64,000 nt of DNA from Eledone cirrhosa (Eukaryota): contig OZ024741.1 in the NCBI GenBank assembly GCA_964016885.1, positions 197,842,001 through 197,906,000 on the forward strand. Reading direction: 5' to 3'. Shown here one piece after another: positions 47,251 to 61,631 of the stretch. The position numbers were made by a program, and so were the translations under genes. The notes under the pieces were generated by a model that saw only the letters and a program-made list of their open reading frames with translations, was not told the origin of the DNA and ran no database searches. Every line of letters starts with the position of its first letter. The first letter of the stretch is position 1.

Positions 47251-48299
47251 ATGCATGGTCCCGTAACTCGTGATAGAGTCATAGGGGTGCAGTATTTATA
47301 TACGGAGTTTCTTGGGTATTTTAAGCCTGGCGGAACCAATCCTTTTCCAAGCCTGAATACAGCAGATTTCTTCCAGAAAAAGATAGAAAGTGAGAGAGAG
47401 AAAAATGAGAAAGAGATATAGAGGAAGAATCGACTAGACTGGATGAAAAGCAAATTTGACCTCGGTGGTATTTGAACTCCGGAACGAATACCATAAATCA
47501 TAAATTCTATCGGACGTTCTAACGGCTCTGCCAATTCGCCGCCTAGAGTTCTATATACATTTCTTAAAATGCCGCTCTAAAGGAAGCCATGTTATACTGA
47601 CTCATCATAATATAGCGTACAATAAAAACACCCGCTTTGTTGTCTATTTTTAATCATGATTCGGATACAAATAAAAATAATAGACATCGTCAAACGATCG
47701 ATAAATCCAGAAACTTGCTGTCGCACCCTTCAAGCACTTAATAATTTTAGATAACCTCACTCAATGCTATAGCATACACTGTTATGTACAGTTATGATAA
47801 AATTAGAAAACAAGTTTAATTAAATCATATCTAATGTTTTTAAAAGATTGTGGACTAGCTTCTAATAATCGACTTTAATCACAAGTACACAGACCTACTC
47901 ACTATTAACCTTTTCATTGCCATATTTGTAACGAAATAAACTGTTTGCATTAATGTATGAAGAATTTGAAAGGATTTACCAAACTTGCTATTTATTTCGT
48001 TATCAAGATGTTATTTGTGACATAACTTCACAAAAAGTTTCATATATCAACTCATGTTGAATGATTTTAATTTAAGTGAGAACCCCTGTAAAATGTTTTT
48101 TGTTTTGTTTCGTAGAACCAGAGAGAGTTTTGGGCCGGTTGTTATTAAGAGGGTTAATTCAGTTGAACATAAACAGTGAAAATAGAACAGCTTGCATCTG
48201 AGAGGAGCTTGCATCTGAGAAGAGGGACTAGGCTGCACTTATTCCTTGCCCATTGCTTGCTTTTCCGAGTAATGTGTGATATTTTAAAATCTTTTCTCT

Positions 48300-49100
48300 T
48301 GAAACAATTCATGATAACAGGATATTATATCTAAAAAACACTTCTTTACCTTACTACTTGTCTCCCAGTTCAAGTAATTCTTAGTAAACTGGTCTATTAT
48401 TTCTTTATATCCTGCTATGCACCCATTGAGAAATTTATTGGTTCTATAATAGAGATTTTAGGTTCATTTTGTTTTAGTTTACTGAAGTAACTCCCACTGC
48501 TTTCCGACATATGAAATTTTAGTATGAGATTCAATTAATTCCTCTTGTTTGATTTTCAAAGCACAAGCTAATGCATTTCGAATGTTTTAGATTATTTTCC
48601 TTATTCGATGTGCTGTTTCTGAATGATAAGTACTGACTTCAGATTGAAGACCAATAAAACATTACCGCTGAGTAGTAATGTAGATGTCTTCCGACCTTGA
48701 AAGAAGCTATTTTTCTTTTCTCTTCACTAAACATACTGTTGTGTGGGTAATACTGTCGTTTGAATTTTAAAAAACCAGCCTCTGATAGCTGTAAATTCTT
48801 CTGGAGATGTTTCTTGGCTTTACATTATAAGTTGTTTACATTATAGTGGCATTATGCATCATGCTTTGTCGTCCACATATAGCAGGCATACTTTCTTTTT
48901 TTTCCAAAAAATTATTCTCACCTTCGTCTTTGTTGACAATAATGGGATCGTCTAATAGTTGATGTGGCCAAGTTTAAATCTTACCTACATACATTTGATT
49001 GGAATCCACCTTCTAATGTCTTCAACATGTGCATTTATAAATCTAGTGAGATATTTTTTACGATCCTTCAGATGAATTTCAACACTTGGAGTTGCAGGCC
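48300..49100 (-). mobile_element. Possible highly decayed LINE ORF1 remnant
   Basis: Frameshifted CY.CGRQ.HDA.C zinc-knuckle-like motif on the minus strand at ~48850-48890; nothing else recognisable. Confidence 0.25.
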
Positions 49101-49559
49101 ATTTTTCTTTCAGGATAGATAAATACCTGTATGAACGAAGTGTATGCGGGAATATGTATGAGAGCGAATTATACTTGCTGAAATATTAGCATACAATTAT
49201 TCTAATCATGTTGTGCCATCCCACTTAAGATATTGTCTCCAAGAAATAGAGCACTATACCAAATCAGCGATAGCCGGGGTAGAGTTGAACGGATTATTAC
49301 CGTAAACACAAGGGATTGTTGAGGTATTCCTCTCATTATATTTAATTTACTCCTTTACTCTCCTTTCTCGCTATTTTTATTGTCTCTTTTTGTTGCTACT
49401 CTAATCCATCAAACTCACACATATACATACATATATGTGCATATGCGCATAAACATACACACACATATATATCTGTTATATTTTTTCTGTTCAGTCATGT
49501 TAGAGGCTTATTCTTCGTTTCTATTCCTTCATGTGTGAAGGTATTTAGCTTCAGTTAAT

Positions 49560-49780
49560 AGGTGGAAAAGATGGTAGATGGGGGTTGTAATTATTCGGTT
49601 CATATTTTCTATTCGGGGTGTAGGCTGTTTCCGTTTCTTGTTTTTAACAGCCTGTTTGACTTGTCTTAAGATTGGGTCGTTTGGATGTGTAGGAAAATGT
49701 TGTCTTCCATGTTCAATATTGAGCCATAATACTTATGTCTGGCGTGTTGGTCGAACACTGGTGTTGACTTAATTTCTTTT
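49560..49780 (-). mobile_element. Decayed PLE GIY-YIG C-terminal fragment (continues at ~50220-50300)
   Basis: STPVFDQHARHK...DPILRQVKQAV; NCKTKSVVYNMKC. Confidence 0.55.
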
Positions 49781-49834
49781 GAATTCATACTCGTCTTCCT
49801 TTATCCTTGCACATATATTTCTTTATAAGTTATA

Positions 49835-50215
49835 ATAATTGTTTCTACTTTTTGGCACAAGGCCAGCAATTACCCACTACATTACTGGTACTTTATTTTA
49901 TCGACCCCGTAAGGATGAAAAGCAAAGTTAACCTCGGCGGGATTTGAACTCAGATCATAAAGGGACATAACTATGCTAGAAAGCATGGCGTCTGACCCTC
50001 TACCGATACTGCCAATTCACCACCCTGATATAAATTATAATAATTGTTTCTACTTTTTGGCACAAGGCCAGCAATTACCCAGTGCATTACTGGTACTTTA
50101 TTTTATCGACCCCGTAAGGATGAAAGGCAAAGTCAACCTCGGTGGGATTTGAACTCAGATCGTTAAGGGACGTGACTATGTTGGAAAGCATGGCGTCCGA
50201 CCCTCTACCGATACT
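49835..50215 (-). mobile_element. Two tandem tRNA-derived SINEs
   Basis: Family sequence at ~49835-50025 and ~50040-50215. Confidence 0.9.
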
Positions 50216-50458
50216 CTGCATTTCATATTGTAAACTACACTTTTAGTTTTACAGTTTATTTGAGGACTTATTTCGTAGATTCTGCAGTTGGTATCGTTAC
50301 AGCAGTTTTCGTGAACCACGATCAGAGTAGTCAGTGTGTCAGATAGAATACCTTGTGGTATTTCTTCCGTCTCTCCTGGATCTGATATCAAATCTTGTAG
50401 GGCTCTATTTAACCTTTCATGCTATAGGTGTCGATAAATAAGATACTGGTCGTTCTCT

Positions 50459-50510
<52 letters not shown>

Positions 50511-51336
50511 GTCTCTACCTCTTTCTCTTTCTCTTCCTTTTTCTTTCTCTTTCCCCCTCTCTTCATTTTTCTCTTTCTTTCTAAATCTGCTACTTTGAAT
50601 GGGCGGCAAGAAAGGAGTGTTCAAGTTGTTGCCCCACCAATCCTCTCAACATCACTCTCTTGATGCGTTAAGAAAATAAAAAGAGCAAGGAAATTGACAG
50701 AATCTGTCAAATGCTGGATTAACATATAGTATGGTATTCAAGGATCTTATGAATTGCGATTTCAGCCCCAGCGGGATCATGCTGGTTTAATAGCCCTACT
50801 ATACTAATTGGACGTAGTTTATAAAATAAACTTTATGCTTGTTTATTTGATAACCACCAGGTTTCTAATAATCCCGTTCCAAAAATGACTTTAGTTTAAA
50901 GTAATTTTTTATCGTTTGTCTTCACTGATTCAATATGTGAGACACTACAGATCGAAAGCCTGTAGTTTGGTGTCATTACCACATTCCATTAATACCTAAT
51001 AACGGGGGATTGGTAAAGTTGTTGCAGTGTTGGACAAATGCTTAGCAGTATTTGTTCTTGTTCTTTTCGTCCTGTATTCAAATCCAGTCGAGGTCAATAA
51101 AATAAATTACCAGAAAAGTACAGGTGTCGATGTGATCGGCTCTCCTCCATACACTTTCACAGACACACACACTAAATTGCTGGCTTTGATAGCTAAAGTA
51201 CTTCAATCTCAAGAGCCCCATGTCACTAAGCTACGAAGCGGTAGCATTGATAGAATTAATGAATACTATAAATAATGTAATCAATATATAATTAATGAAC
51301 TGAATCCCACCCATTTAAATATGAACAGAGAGTTTG

Positions 51337-52519
51337 TATCAGGCTGGGCCGAAAGTTCTCACCGTTTTTTTTTCAATTTTTTATTTATTTGGGAATTTTT
51401 TAACATTAGCGAAATTTACAAGTCAAAATAATCGCCATCATTTGCGATTACAGTTTAGGAAGGTACATGATTCTATCCTGTAGAATTCTTCTGGCTTCAA
51501 TGCAAAAAATTCCGCCAGCCACTGATTTAACTGGTCTTCATTGGTGAAGGTCTTTGACTGCATTGCATTCCTGAGTAAGAGAAAAGGTGATAGTCTGTAG
51601 GTGCGAGATCAGGTGAATATGGCGGGTGGGGAAGAACCTCCCAACCTAGCTCCAGCAGCTTCTCACAGATCATCCTTGATGTATGCGGCCGAGTTTATCA
51701 TGACGAAACCGAATAGGATCACGGTGTGGGCGCACCAGTACGATTTTCGCCGCTAATCTATTAAGCTGTTGACTATAGGTATCAGAAACTATGGTGGTGT
51801 CCGGTGGAAGCATTTCGTGGTGAATGACACATTTACAGTCCCACCAGACGCGCAGTAGCACCTTGTGATGGTGGAGTTCAGCCTTTGCTTGCTGTTGTGG
51901 CGCACACTTTATCAACCCACGATCATTTTCCATCACCAGTGACAATGGAACGTAACCAGTTGGTTGTGCTATGGTAGGAGAGCAGAAAAATCACAGCTGG
52001 CGCCCGACATTCACGATTATGGTTAGTCAGATTGTGGTGTACCCATTGGTTCAGTTTGGACATCTTCCCTATTGTATGCAAGTGATTGAGGATGGTTGTT
52101 TTCGATATCCTAATCCCTTCAGAGAGTTGATGTGATGTCTGGCATGGATCGGCTTCCACCAGCTCACGCAGTTGCTCGTCATTGAAGTCGGATAAACATC
52201 ATGTGCGAGGTAGTAATAGCCGGAACGGGGGCCTGCTAACCAATCCCTGGCACTGCGTTCAGACATGGTTTGGGGCCCAAATGTAATGATAATGCGATGA
52301 CTTGATGCTGCTGTGTTTAGGCCAGATTTGAAATTATGAAATAAAAAGACACGAATAAACGATTTGAATAGATTCATGTTTGACGGCGTAACAGAAAATG
52401 TAAAATGCGCACTTCTTATACATGTACGCATGCGCAACCTTTAATATTTCCAGCCAACTCTACCAAAATACCTCCTTTTGAAAAACAAAAACGGCCGGAA
52501 TTTTCTGTCCAACCCAATA
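51337..52519 (-). mobile_element. Near full-length decayed mariner element with TIRs
   Basis: WVHHNL, IVTGD, KVLLRVWWD, PHPPYSPDLAPTDYHLF; imperfect TIRs TAtcaggctgggccgaaag / ttttctgtccaacccaaTA. Confidence 0.92.
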
Positions 52520-53126
52520 TATTAGGACTCACACACTCTCTACTGTATAGCTCTAAAGTTTGTTTGTTGTTCAGTTCTACCTATGGATATCAAATTAATT
52601 TATAAAAATTACATTTCCATCCCTTGTTTTCTCTGTTTTCTGATTTTGATTTCAATACTCCTTTTTATAATTGCTATGAAATGAGTTTTTCTCCTTCTCG
52701 ATATCTATTCTTACTTTCTTTAATGCAAGAACTATGACACTTGAGTAGGTTAAGTGTGTTCAGATTCAAATGAAACTTGATGTATTGCAATTATAACTCA
52801 TTATGGTTACATCTTGAGATTTTCCCCACAAGCTTTTTTCTTTATTGCCACTGGGAGTGCTTTTATACAATTTTCTTCAATATTTGACATTTTTCTCTTT
52901 AAAGTAAATCCACTGTTTGGCGTCGATATTTCAGTGAAAGCTAATTCGAAAAGTAAAATAAGGATAGTGTCAAAGTAATAAAAAAAAATGCTTGAATTAC
53001 GATAAGTAACGTCTTCAGAGAGATGGAAAACAGCAAATCGTTTTTGTTAAATATATACAACTCTTGGGATAATCATACACTCGTACACGTACACGCACGC
53101 ACGCACGCACGCGCGCACACGCACGT

Positions 53127-53229
<103 letters not shown>

Positions 53230-54096
53230 TGCTTCTCAAATTTGTTTTTTGGGAGAGATTTTATAGAAATTGAATTTCTTTAAAGAAATCGATAACTGAC
53301 AAACTTACTTTCTCCCTCGAATTCTCCTGCTTATAAACAGGAAATGACTCTTAAACTTTTATTTAATTCCATTATAAACTGTTTTGTCCTTACTACACTC
53401 CCTAAAATGCTATAAAAGGATACTCGACACATTGATTGCTCAAAGTCTTATTAAAGAAATCTTTATCGACCATATAATCTTATAATCTCTTTTAAAATCT
53501 TATACTAATCACATGTAGAGTTCTTTGCGTGCATTATTTTAAATAATATATATAAAGACACCTACACACAGAGATACATGTGCTCGCATACATAGATGAA
53601 TACACATACATACATAGGGACGTGCATACATACAATGGTATAGACACCATGATTTGTTTTATTCAATCAGTTTTGAACCAAAAGTATTGAAACCAAATTA
53701 GAAATACAACATATTTCATATAATCTAATTTTGGTAAAATAAATACATTAAAATATTAAAGATTATACACTAATGCTACTACCAGGCTGTATATTCGCTA
53801 GAAATATTCTCTTACATACTTACTTCATATATATATATATACATTAAAAAAAGATTTTAAATCCTGCTATAAATGTCATTTGTTCCAATTTTGTGGGATA
53901 GTTCAACAAACACAACTTCATAAATATTTCATATTCTACATATGACAAGTAAATATTGATTATTAAGTAGGATTAGTTTACGAAAATAACGAAATACCAT
54001 CATACTACCAAAATTATTATAGTATGGTAAATGACAACAGAAATGGATATTTCTAAATTGTCCAGTAAAGATCAATTCATTGCGCTTTATAACCAA

Positions 54097-55300
54097 CTAG
54101 CATTAAAGCCCGGCGTTGCTCGGGGTCATTAAGTTACCAAAGTTAGGTTGCACCACCCATTTTATGGCAGCACTTTTTTGTCTGCCAGGCTCTGGGTGAA
54201 TGAATTGCAGACCTGGAAGCAGGAGCTGCGCCAGCAGTGACAATTGTAGTTTCGCCTATGGATATTATCTCTGTGCAAAAAAGTGTTGAAATTTATTGTT
54301 TCACAGTACTTGCGCAACACGCGCGTAGACGATGCCAGCCGAACAACAGAGCTGCGATGGACTTGTTCTGCATGGTTGTCTGTGTTTTCTAAATTTAAGA
54401 CAGTAGGGAGGGTTGTGATATGAGGGAGAGTTAGCTGTTGTTTCTAGCAGGTTTAGTGACCTCATAGAGGATATGTGTTTTCTAAATTTAAGACAGTAGG
54501 GAGTGGTGTGATATGGGGGAGAGTTAGCTGCTGTTTCTAGCAGGTTTAGTGACCTCATAGAAGATATGTTTTCTAAATTTAAGACAGTAGGGAGGGGTGT
54601 GATATGGGGGAGAGTTAGCTGCTGTTTCTAGCAGGTTTAGTAACCTCATAGAGGATATGTGTTTTCTAAATTTAAGACAGTAGGGAGTGGTGTGATATGG
54701 GGGAGAGTTAGCTGCTGTTTCTAGCAGGTTTAGTGACCTCATAGAAGATATGTTTTCTAAATTTAAGACATTAGGGAAGGGTGTGGTATGGGGGAGAGTT
54801 AGCTGCTGTTTATAGCAGGTTTAGTGACCTCATAGAGGATATTATTGTTTATCATTATCTATAAAAGGCAGATTGTTGTTGTTGTTGTTGTTGTTGAAGT
54901 GAGTGTGTTTGTATGCGTTTGGAAAAGAGGTTTTAAAAAAGATTTATCGCTTGTTGTTGAATAAATGTATCTGTTGCTTTTGAATAATAAGTGAGTGTGT
55001 GTTTGTATGCGTTTGGAAATAAATCAGTAAGTTTGAAGTATAAAAGAGAAAGTAGCAAAATGTGTGGGTTGTAGATTATGTGAGAGAGTAAAACGGACAG
55101 TATCACCATCAAGCTTGGAAAGAGAAAGTAGCAGAAAGTATGAAGTTGTATAGATTTTGAATGGTAGTGGAAAGAGTTTAGCAGTTTAAATGACAGAGAA
55201 AAATCGTAAAATATTGAGTTTTATCTATTTTTTGCGTAATTGTGGGTGAAATTGAAAAAATTATCTGTGCCAAGACGCAATCGAAGCTATTTCGAATACT
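54097..55300 (-). mobile_element. Helitron family A copy, rearranged, with ~6 copies of a ~75-bp internal repeat
   Basis: CTAG and hairpin at 54097-54127; reverse complement of ~20590-21064; a plus-oriented family A 5' end at ~54853. Confidence 0.8.
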
Positions 55301-55385
55301 GAATGGTAAATTTCAATTGAAGAAATTCTATATCGTAGATTTCTATAAGAAAGGAGCATGACCACACACTGAGCTTTATAGATTA

Positions 55386-56338
55386 CTAGCAGTAAAGCCC
55401 GGCGTTGCTCGGGGTCGCTCAGTAGCTGTGTTAAAGTTACAATGTTAAGTTTCTTTCTTGGCTTAAAAACTGTAGTGTCTACTGTGCAGACTTGCATGTG
55501 GTGTTTTTGATTAATATTCCCTCAACCAACAATATGCCTTATGAAGTTAAGAAAACATAACGATAACCCGAATGTTATAACAAAAGAGGATGCTGGGGAT
55601 AGAAACTGCACTGGTTATTTATTAACAAAGATCGAAAATGTAAACACTGCAACGCAGAGAAAAACATTAGCGTAACCAAATTATCAGTTATGTCTGTCTG
55701 CACGCCTATATCACCTCTCTGCACGACTTTCTGTCTGCACGCCTATATCACCTCTCTGCACGACTGTCTGTCTGAACGCCTATATCACCTCTCTGCACGA
55801 CTGTCTGTCTGCACGACTGTCTGTCTGCACGACTGTCTGTCTGCACGACTGTCTGTCTGCACGACTGTCTGTCTGCACGCCTAACGAAATTTACAGATAC
55901 ATATATTTTAAATAAACTTATATAATTTTTGCTTTTTTTTACGAAATATTTGCTTGTTTTACGTAGTCTTTAAATAGACTTGTTTTCAAGTAAAAATATT
56001 GTTTTAAAATGCTTTTAAATGGAAATGAAGCAAAAGTTCGTGTATTGTGTTAATGTCATTTTAAACGCTGAGAAAGCCAGCGTAATTTTTTACGTAAGAC
56101 GCTCAATGTAAACAGAACAAAGGGAAATAACTGATAACTTACGCTCAAAAATCGATACATTATATTCGATTTCGTCACATAGGGTGGGTCAATTTGAAAT
56201 TATTTTTTTTCCGATGTCTTCGCTAGGGCTCAATGTACAAGTATAGCAATTTCGGTGCAATTCCGTGAGAGATTCTAAGAGGAGATGTGTGCCAAAAATC
56301 GATAGACAGACAGACAACCACAGTTTTATATATATAGA
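55386..56338 (-). mobile_element. Non-autonomous Helitron, family B
   Basis: Reverse complement of 36693-37680; A|T target. Confidence 0.92.
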
Positions 56339-56476
56339 TGATATAATCTTAAAGCTATAATTAATAAAATTAAAAGAACGACTGAAATCGATTTGACTGA
56401 TGATGTTTTGAACTATAACAATATTCTGAACGTAAGTGTTATCAGTGTTAGTTGGAATAATATATATGAACTTCAA

Positions 56477-56670
56477 GGCAGAATTGGTAGAGTGTCAGAG
56501 GAAATGTCATTGCAGTATTAGTTCTGGCTCTTTACATTCTGAGTTCAAATCCCACCGAAGTCAACTTTACCTTTCATACTTCCAGGGTTGAGAAAAGAAT
56601 GTACCAGTGAAGTACTGGGTTTCATTCACCCTTGCTTCTAATTTATTACCCCTGTATCTAAATTAGAAAT
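56477..56670 (+). mobile_element. Older diverged SINE (similar relics at ~16370, 30060, 47440, 51003, 57040)
   Basis: gagttcaaatcccaccgaagtcaactttacctttcat core. Confidence 0.7.
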
Positions 56671-57342
56671 CACAGGTTTCAGTAGATCTGTTAATAATAT
56701 AAATTTGAAAATGTTTCTTATGACCATTACTAATTAATATCACTAGTAAATATGCCTATTAAAAACTTGCCGCTTTTAATTAAGGTGACTAGTATTTATA
56801 GCCACTACTAATCAATTAAGGAGTATTAAACTTTTACCAGCACTAAGATGTAACCATGGTTATTGCGAAGATGAGTCATTAATTATACGCAAAGCTCTTC
56901 TAATTTTTTCTTCTTGAGGGAATATTAGTTGCGCGCTCGTCAATCAACTTGATCTCATCTGACCAGGTTTAAACTTGAAACGTCAATTAAGTCGTCGTCA
57001 TTATTATGTTATCTAATCCATAGAGCATTAGACTGAAAGAATCAGTAGAGCGTCGGACAAATGCTTTGCGCTATTTGTTCCGGCTCTTTACATTCGGAGT
57101 TCAAATCCCACTGAGGTCAACTTTATCATTCATCCTTCCGGGATCGATAAAATTAAGTAACGGTCACCTACTGGGGTCAATATAATCGACCTTCTTCCCC
57201 CTACAAGTTGTTGGCTTTCATCCCTAAATTACTAGTCATGATAACGTTAGATATATCCGCACAAATTCCCCTTTACTCTAAATATCAGCGATTCCATGAG
57301 CTGATGGCATATTAAAGGTTGAAATCCATTCTGCGCTTTCAG

Positions 57343-57451
57343 CAAGAATGGAGACGGTGAATTGCTGCTACAGACAGTCTTCGAACGGATGAAAAATGAA
57401 AGAAACCTGTCGTACAAGACCACGCACCCTGTTGATGACAACACTGAAGGA
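57343..57451 (+). CDS. Candidate internal coding exon (..KNGDGELLLQTVFERMKNERNLSYKTTHPVDDNTEG)
   Basis: Acceptor ttctgcgctttcag|, open in the phase-2 frame, possible donor A|GTCAGT; GC-richer unique island. Confidence 0.3.
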
Positions 57452-57710
57452 GTCAGTAATATAAGTCTGTTAAACGGGGGGGGGGCTTTTGTTGAAGTGG
57501 CAAATAATATCCAAATTAGTCTATAAATTCCTTTACTAATTTTATTAAAGTTTGTGCAAGATGGCTCCTAAATCAATTCTCAGAATTGCACAAACAAAAT
57601 CCTTTTAAACTCTGCTAAAGACTTTTGGGTTGCCATGGTAACAAAGGTCACACTTTCTTAAAATACATCGTTACTGGTAATGATTCTTATAAGTGCATTG
57701 TGATCAATAA

Positions 57711-57896
57711 TTGTTTCTACTTTAGGCACAAGGCCAGCAATTACCCAGTGCATTACTCGTACTTTATTTTATCGACCCCGTAAGAATGAAAGGCAAAGTC
57801 AACCTCGGCGGGATTTGAACTCAGATCGTAAAGGGACGTAACTATGCTGGAAAGCATGGCGTCCGATCCTCTACCGATACTGACAATCCACCGCCT
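57711..57896 (-). mobile_element. tRNA-derived SINE with 15-bp TSD
   Basis: ATTGTGATCAATAAT on both sides. Confidence 0.9.
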
Positions 57897-58794
57897 ATTG
57901 TGATCAATAATGACAGGCCCTCATACATTTAATCCCCAATCATCCATGTACTCTGGAGTATTTTATAATTAAAATATATTCGTTAAGTACGATTTCAAAG
58001 GATTTCAAAACTCTGCAGAGAGCAGTGAAGAATTTCTGTCTAAGTATTATTCTTTAAACAGCCATCATCGCTATACGATAGCTTGTCGCAGAATAAAATT
58101 GTAGAAAATACCAGCACACAAACAATTAGTCCCTATTGTAATAATAGTATCAACACAGTAATAATTAACTATTACTTTTTGTTCTAATTCAAATTAGTTT
58201 CTTACATAGGTACAATATTACTAGAAATGCCAGGGTGAAATGAAAATTATTCCTGGGAGCTTCAATGAAATACTTGTATTCAATTAGTTTCAGTCTAATT
58301 TTAAGTTTGAAACGACATAGTTATATTTAGAAATGGTTTAAAGCAATTCTTTCATTGGTTATGTGTATTGAAATAATTGAAAGAAGTATCTAACCTAACA
58401 TCGTATGAATGGAAAAGTCGTACATGCTGAGAAAACGTTAACCACCTTCAATAGGCACATACTACAGTCCAGCAACTACGTAATAATAAAACTGAACATG
58501 CTAAAAAGCCGCTAACATGCTGGAAGCAAATGTATCGAGAATTCATGATGTTATTTGAGATTGTATAATATAGGCAATCTAGAAAGAAAGAAAATGCATA
58601 CTGCAGCAAGTGATTCCAATAACAATAGAAACATGTGGGAAATTATACCACTTCCAATGTCATGTTGATTTATATGACTTCTCTTGGTTTTATGGATAAC
58701 AAAAACTCCTTATTGAATAAGACATTCTACGTTCACCGAGAAGTATGTCAACGCATAGACAGTTGTATATCATCAAAATTATATATATATATAT

Positions 58795-58960
58795 ATTAAT
58801 TTATTAAAATAACAGATTAAAGTTTAAGCAAAGAATCGCCGCTTTCACCCTTAACGGGATCTTCTGTTTTACCCTTAACGGGATCTTCTGTTTCAGAAGA
58901 TCCCGTTAAGGGTGAAAGCAGCGATTCTTTGCTTAAGCATTAATCTGTTATTTTAATAAA
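58795..58960. repeat. Palindrome with HHR-like remnants and a duplicated centre
   Basis: gaagatcccgttaagggt GAAA gc and its reverse complement. Confidence 0.8.
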
Positions 58961-59094
58961 TATTTGCTCTACGGTTCTTATATATTTGATATATATTTAT
59001 ACTAATCAAGTCCTCTTTGGATTTTAGTCTTCAAATTTATTATTATTACTATATATATATATACATATATATATGCGTATATATATTATATATC

Positions 59095-59737
59095 ATTTAC
59101 GATCTGAGTTCAAATCCCGCCGCGGTTAACTTTGCCTTTCATTCTTACGGGATCGATGAAATAAAGTACCAGTAATGTACTGGGTAATTGCTGGCCTTGT
59201 GCCAAAAATAGAAACAATTATTATTATTATATAGGGCGGTGGATTGGCAGTATCGGTAGAGGGTCGGACGCCATGCTTTGACGTATAGAGTTACGGCCCT
59301 TGCCATTCTGACTTCAAATCACGCCGGGGTTAAATTTGACTTTCATCTTTACGTGGTCGATAAAATAAAGTATCAGTAATGTACTGAGATAATTGCTGGC
59401 CTTGTGCCAAAAGTAGAAACAATTATATATATATATATATATATACATACATATAAATATATGTAAGTTAACAAATTTATGTCCCTATACATGCACACAC
59501 ATAAAGATACACACAAAGACACATATATATATATAATAATAATTGTTTCTATTTTAGACACAAAGCCAGCAATAAACCAGTACATTACTGGTACTTTATT
59601 TTATCGACCCCGTAAGGATGAGAGGCAAAGTTGACATCCTCGGCGGGATTTGAACTCATTGAATCATAAAGGGACGTAACTCTATGCTTCAAAGCATGGT
59701 GTCCGACTCTCTACCGATACTGCCAATCCAGCACCCT
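59095..59737. mobile_element. Cluster of three SINEs (+ partial, +, -)
   Basis: Family sequence at ~59095-59220, ~59233-59424 and ~59540-59737. Confidence 0.9.
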
Positions 59738-59844
59738 ATATATAATAATAATGATATTTTATATATATATATATATAATATATAATATACATATATATAT
59801 ATATAATATATAATATAATATAATATATATATATATATATATAT

Positions 59845-59879
<35 letters not shown>

Positions 59880-59902
59880 ATATAATATATGTATATATAT
59901 AT

Positions 59903-59934
<32 letters not shown>

Positions 59935-60073
59935 TAATATATATATATATATATAATATATATATATAGAGAGAGAGTGGTGGAACACTGGAAAGTAATA
60001 TCCGTAGTGGTAGAGCACTCAGTCCAAGGGACGAGTTAGGTAGAAGTGTTTACGGAACAGTTAGTTCACCATA

Positions 60074-60113
60074 CCGAGAACAATTGTTTCACCTTCGCGG
60101 ATCTTCAGCTCGG
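60074..60113 (-). ncRNA. Minimal type I HHR in a PLE 3' UTR
   Basis: Minus strand: ccgag CTGAAGA tccgcgaaggt GAAA c AATT GTT ctcgg. Confidence 0.8.
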
Positions 60114-61591
60114 GATGTATATGGTTATTCGGTCACTTCACACAGGCAATAGTAGACTGCGTGCGGCGGGTGTAAGGGAGATAACTGCGAAAGTCCGGAA
60201 AGTTTTTTGGTTGAAAATAAAATAAAAAAATTTAAAAATAAAATTACAAAGAATCAGTCCGGAGCCTTGTAGTTATGCAATAGATGTTTGGTGACGTGTG
60301 GACAACGTGTGAAAAATTCACTTCAAGTGTTTAGGCAATCACTATTGCGTAATCTCTTTAGGATAGTTATTCGTTCGTCAATACATAAGCCACACGTCGG
60401 ATTTCCCCTTGCGTATAGCTTGGACTTAGTGATGGCTTTCCATTGTATGGAGTACCCTATACTTGAGTCTTTGAGGGACCATACGTGGCTCGAGAGTTTC
60501 GTGGATGAACGTCTGTCCGGGTATCTGAAGGTAGACTGGTGGTTCAGGAAACGCTCCTTGAATCGGCCCTCCGCCATGCCCACATAGGATTTGAGATCCT
60601 GTGGTTCGTTTGGTCGGTTGGAAGTAACCACAGCTTCATAGATTACAACTGGTGTGTTGCATTGTTGTTGAAGGGGGCAAGCTTCAGGCTTACGGCAAGA
60701 GCACCCTGGTGGGGTGTTGCTCCTAGGGTTGCTGGTGATGTGGGCCTTCATGTTCTTAGAGCAGGAGTATCCTAAAACTATCTGGTTCTCTCCTCCCTTC
60801 TCCCTCAACGTTAAAACCAATGTAGGAAAAAAATTTCTAGCCCTCTTAGATAGACAGTTCCTCATAGGTCATAAATACCGCTCCATCTTTAACCGACACT
60901 AAGTTAAACTAGGATACTCCTGCGCTAAGAACATGAAGGCCAACATCACCAGCAGCCCTAAGAGCAACACCCCATCAGGGTGCTCTTGCCGTAAGCCTGA
61001 AGCTTGCCCCCTTCAACAACAATGCAACACACCAGCTGTAATGTATGAAGCTGTGGTCACTTCCAACCGACCAAACGAACCACAGGAGGTCAAATCCTAT
61101 GTGGGCATGGCGGAGGGCCGATTCAAGGAGCATTTCCTGAACCACCAGTCTACCTTCAGATACCTGGACAGACGTTCAACCACGAAACTCGCGAGCCACG
61201 TATAGACTACTCCATTCAATAGAAAGCCATCACTAAGTCCAAGCCATACGCAAGGGGAAATCCGACGTGTAGCTTATGTATTGACGAACGAATAACTATC
61301 CTAAAGAGATTACGCAATAGTAATTGCCTAAACACGAGAGGTGAATTTTTCACACGTTGTCCACACGTCACCAAACATCTATTGCATGACTACAAGGCTC
61401 CGGACTGATTTTTTGTAATTTTATTTTTAAATTTTTTTATTTTATTTTCAACCCAAAAACTTTCCGGACTTTCGCAGTTATCTCCCTTACACCCGCCGCA
61501 CGCAGTCTACTATTGCCTGTGTGAAGTGACCGAGTTTCTGCGCATGGGCGTTCGTACGGTTGTCCTTCCTGTTCCTATAACCATATACATC

Positions 61592-61631
61592 CTGAGCTGA
61601 AGATCCGCGAAGGTGAAACAATTGTTCTCGG
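61592..61631 (+). ncRNA. Minimal type I HHR in a PLE 3' UTR
   Basis: ctgag CTGAAGA tccgcgaaggt GAAA c AATT GTT ctcgg. Confidence 0.8.
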
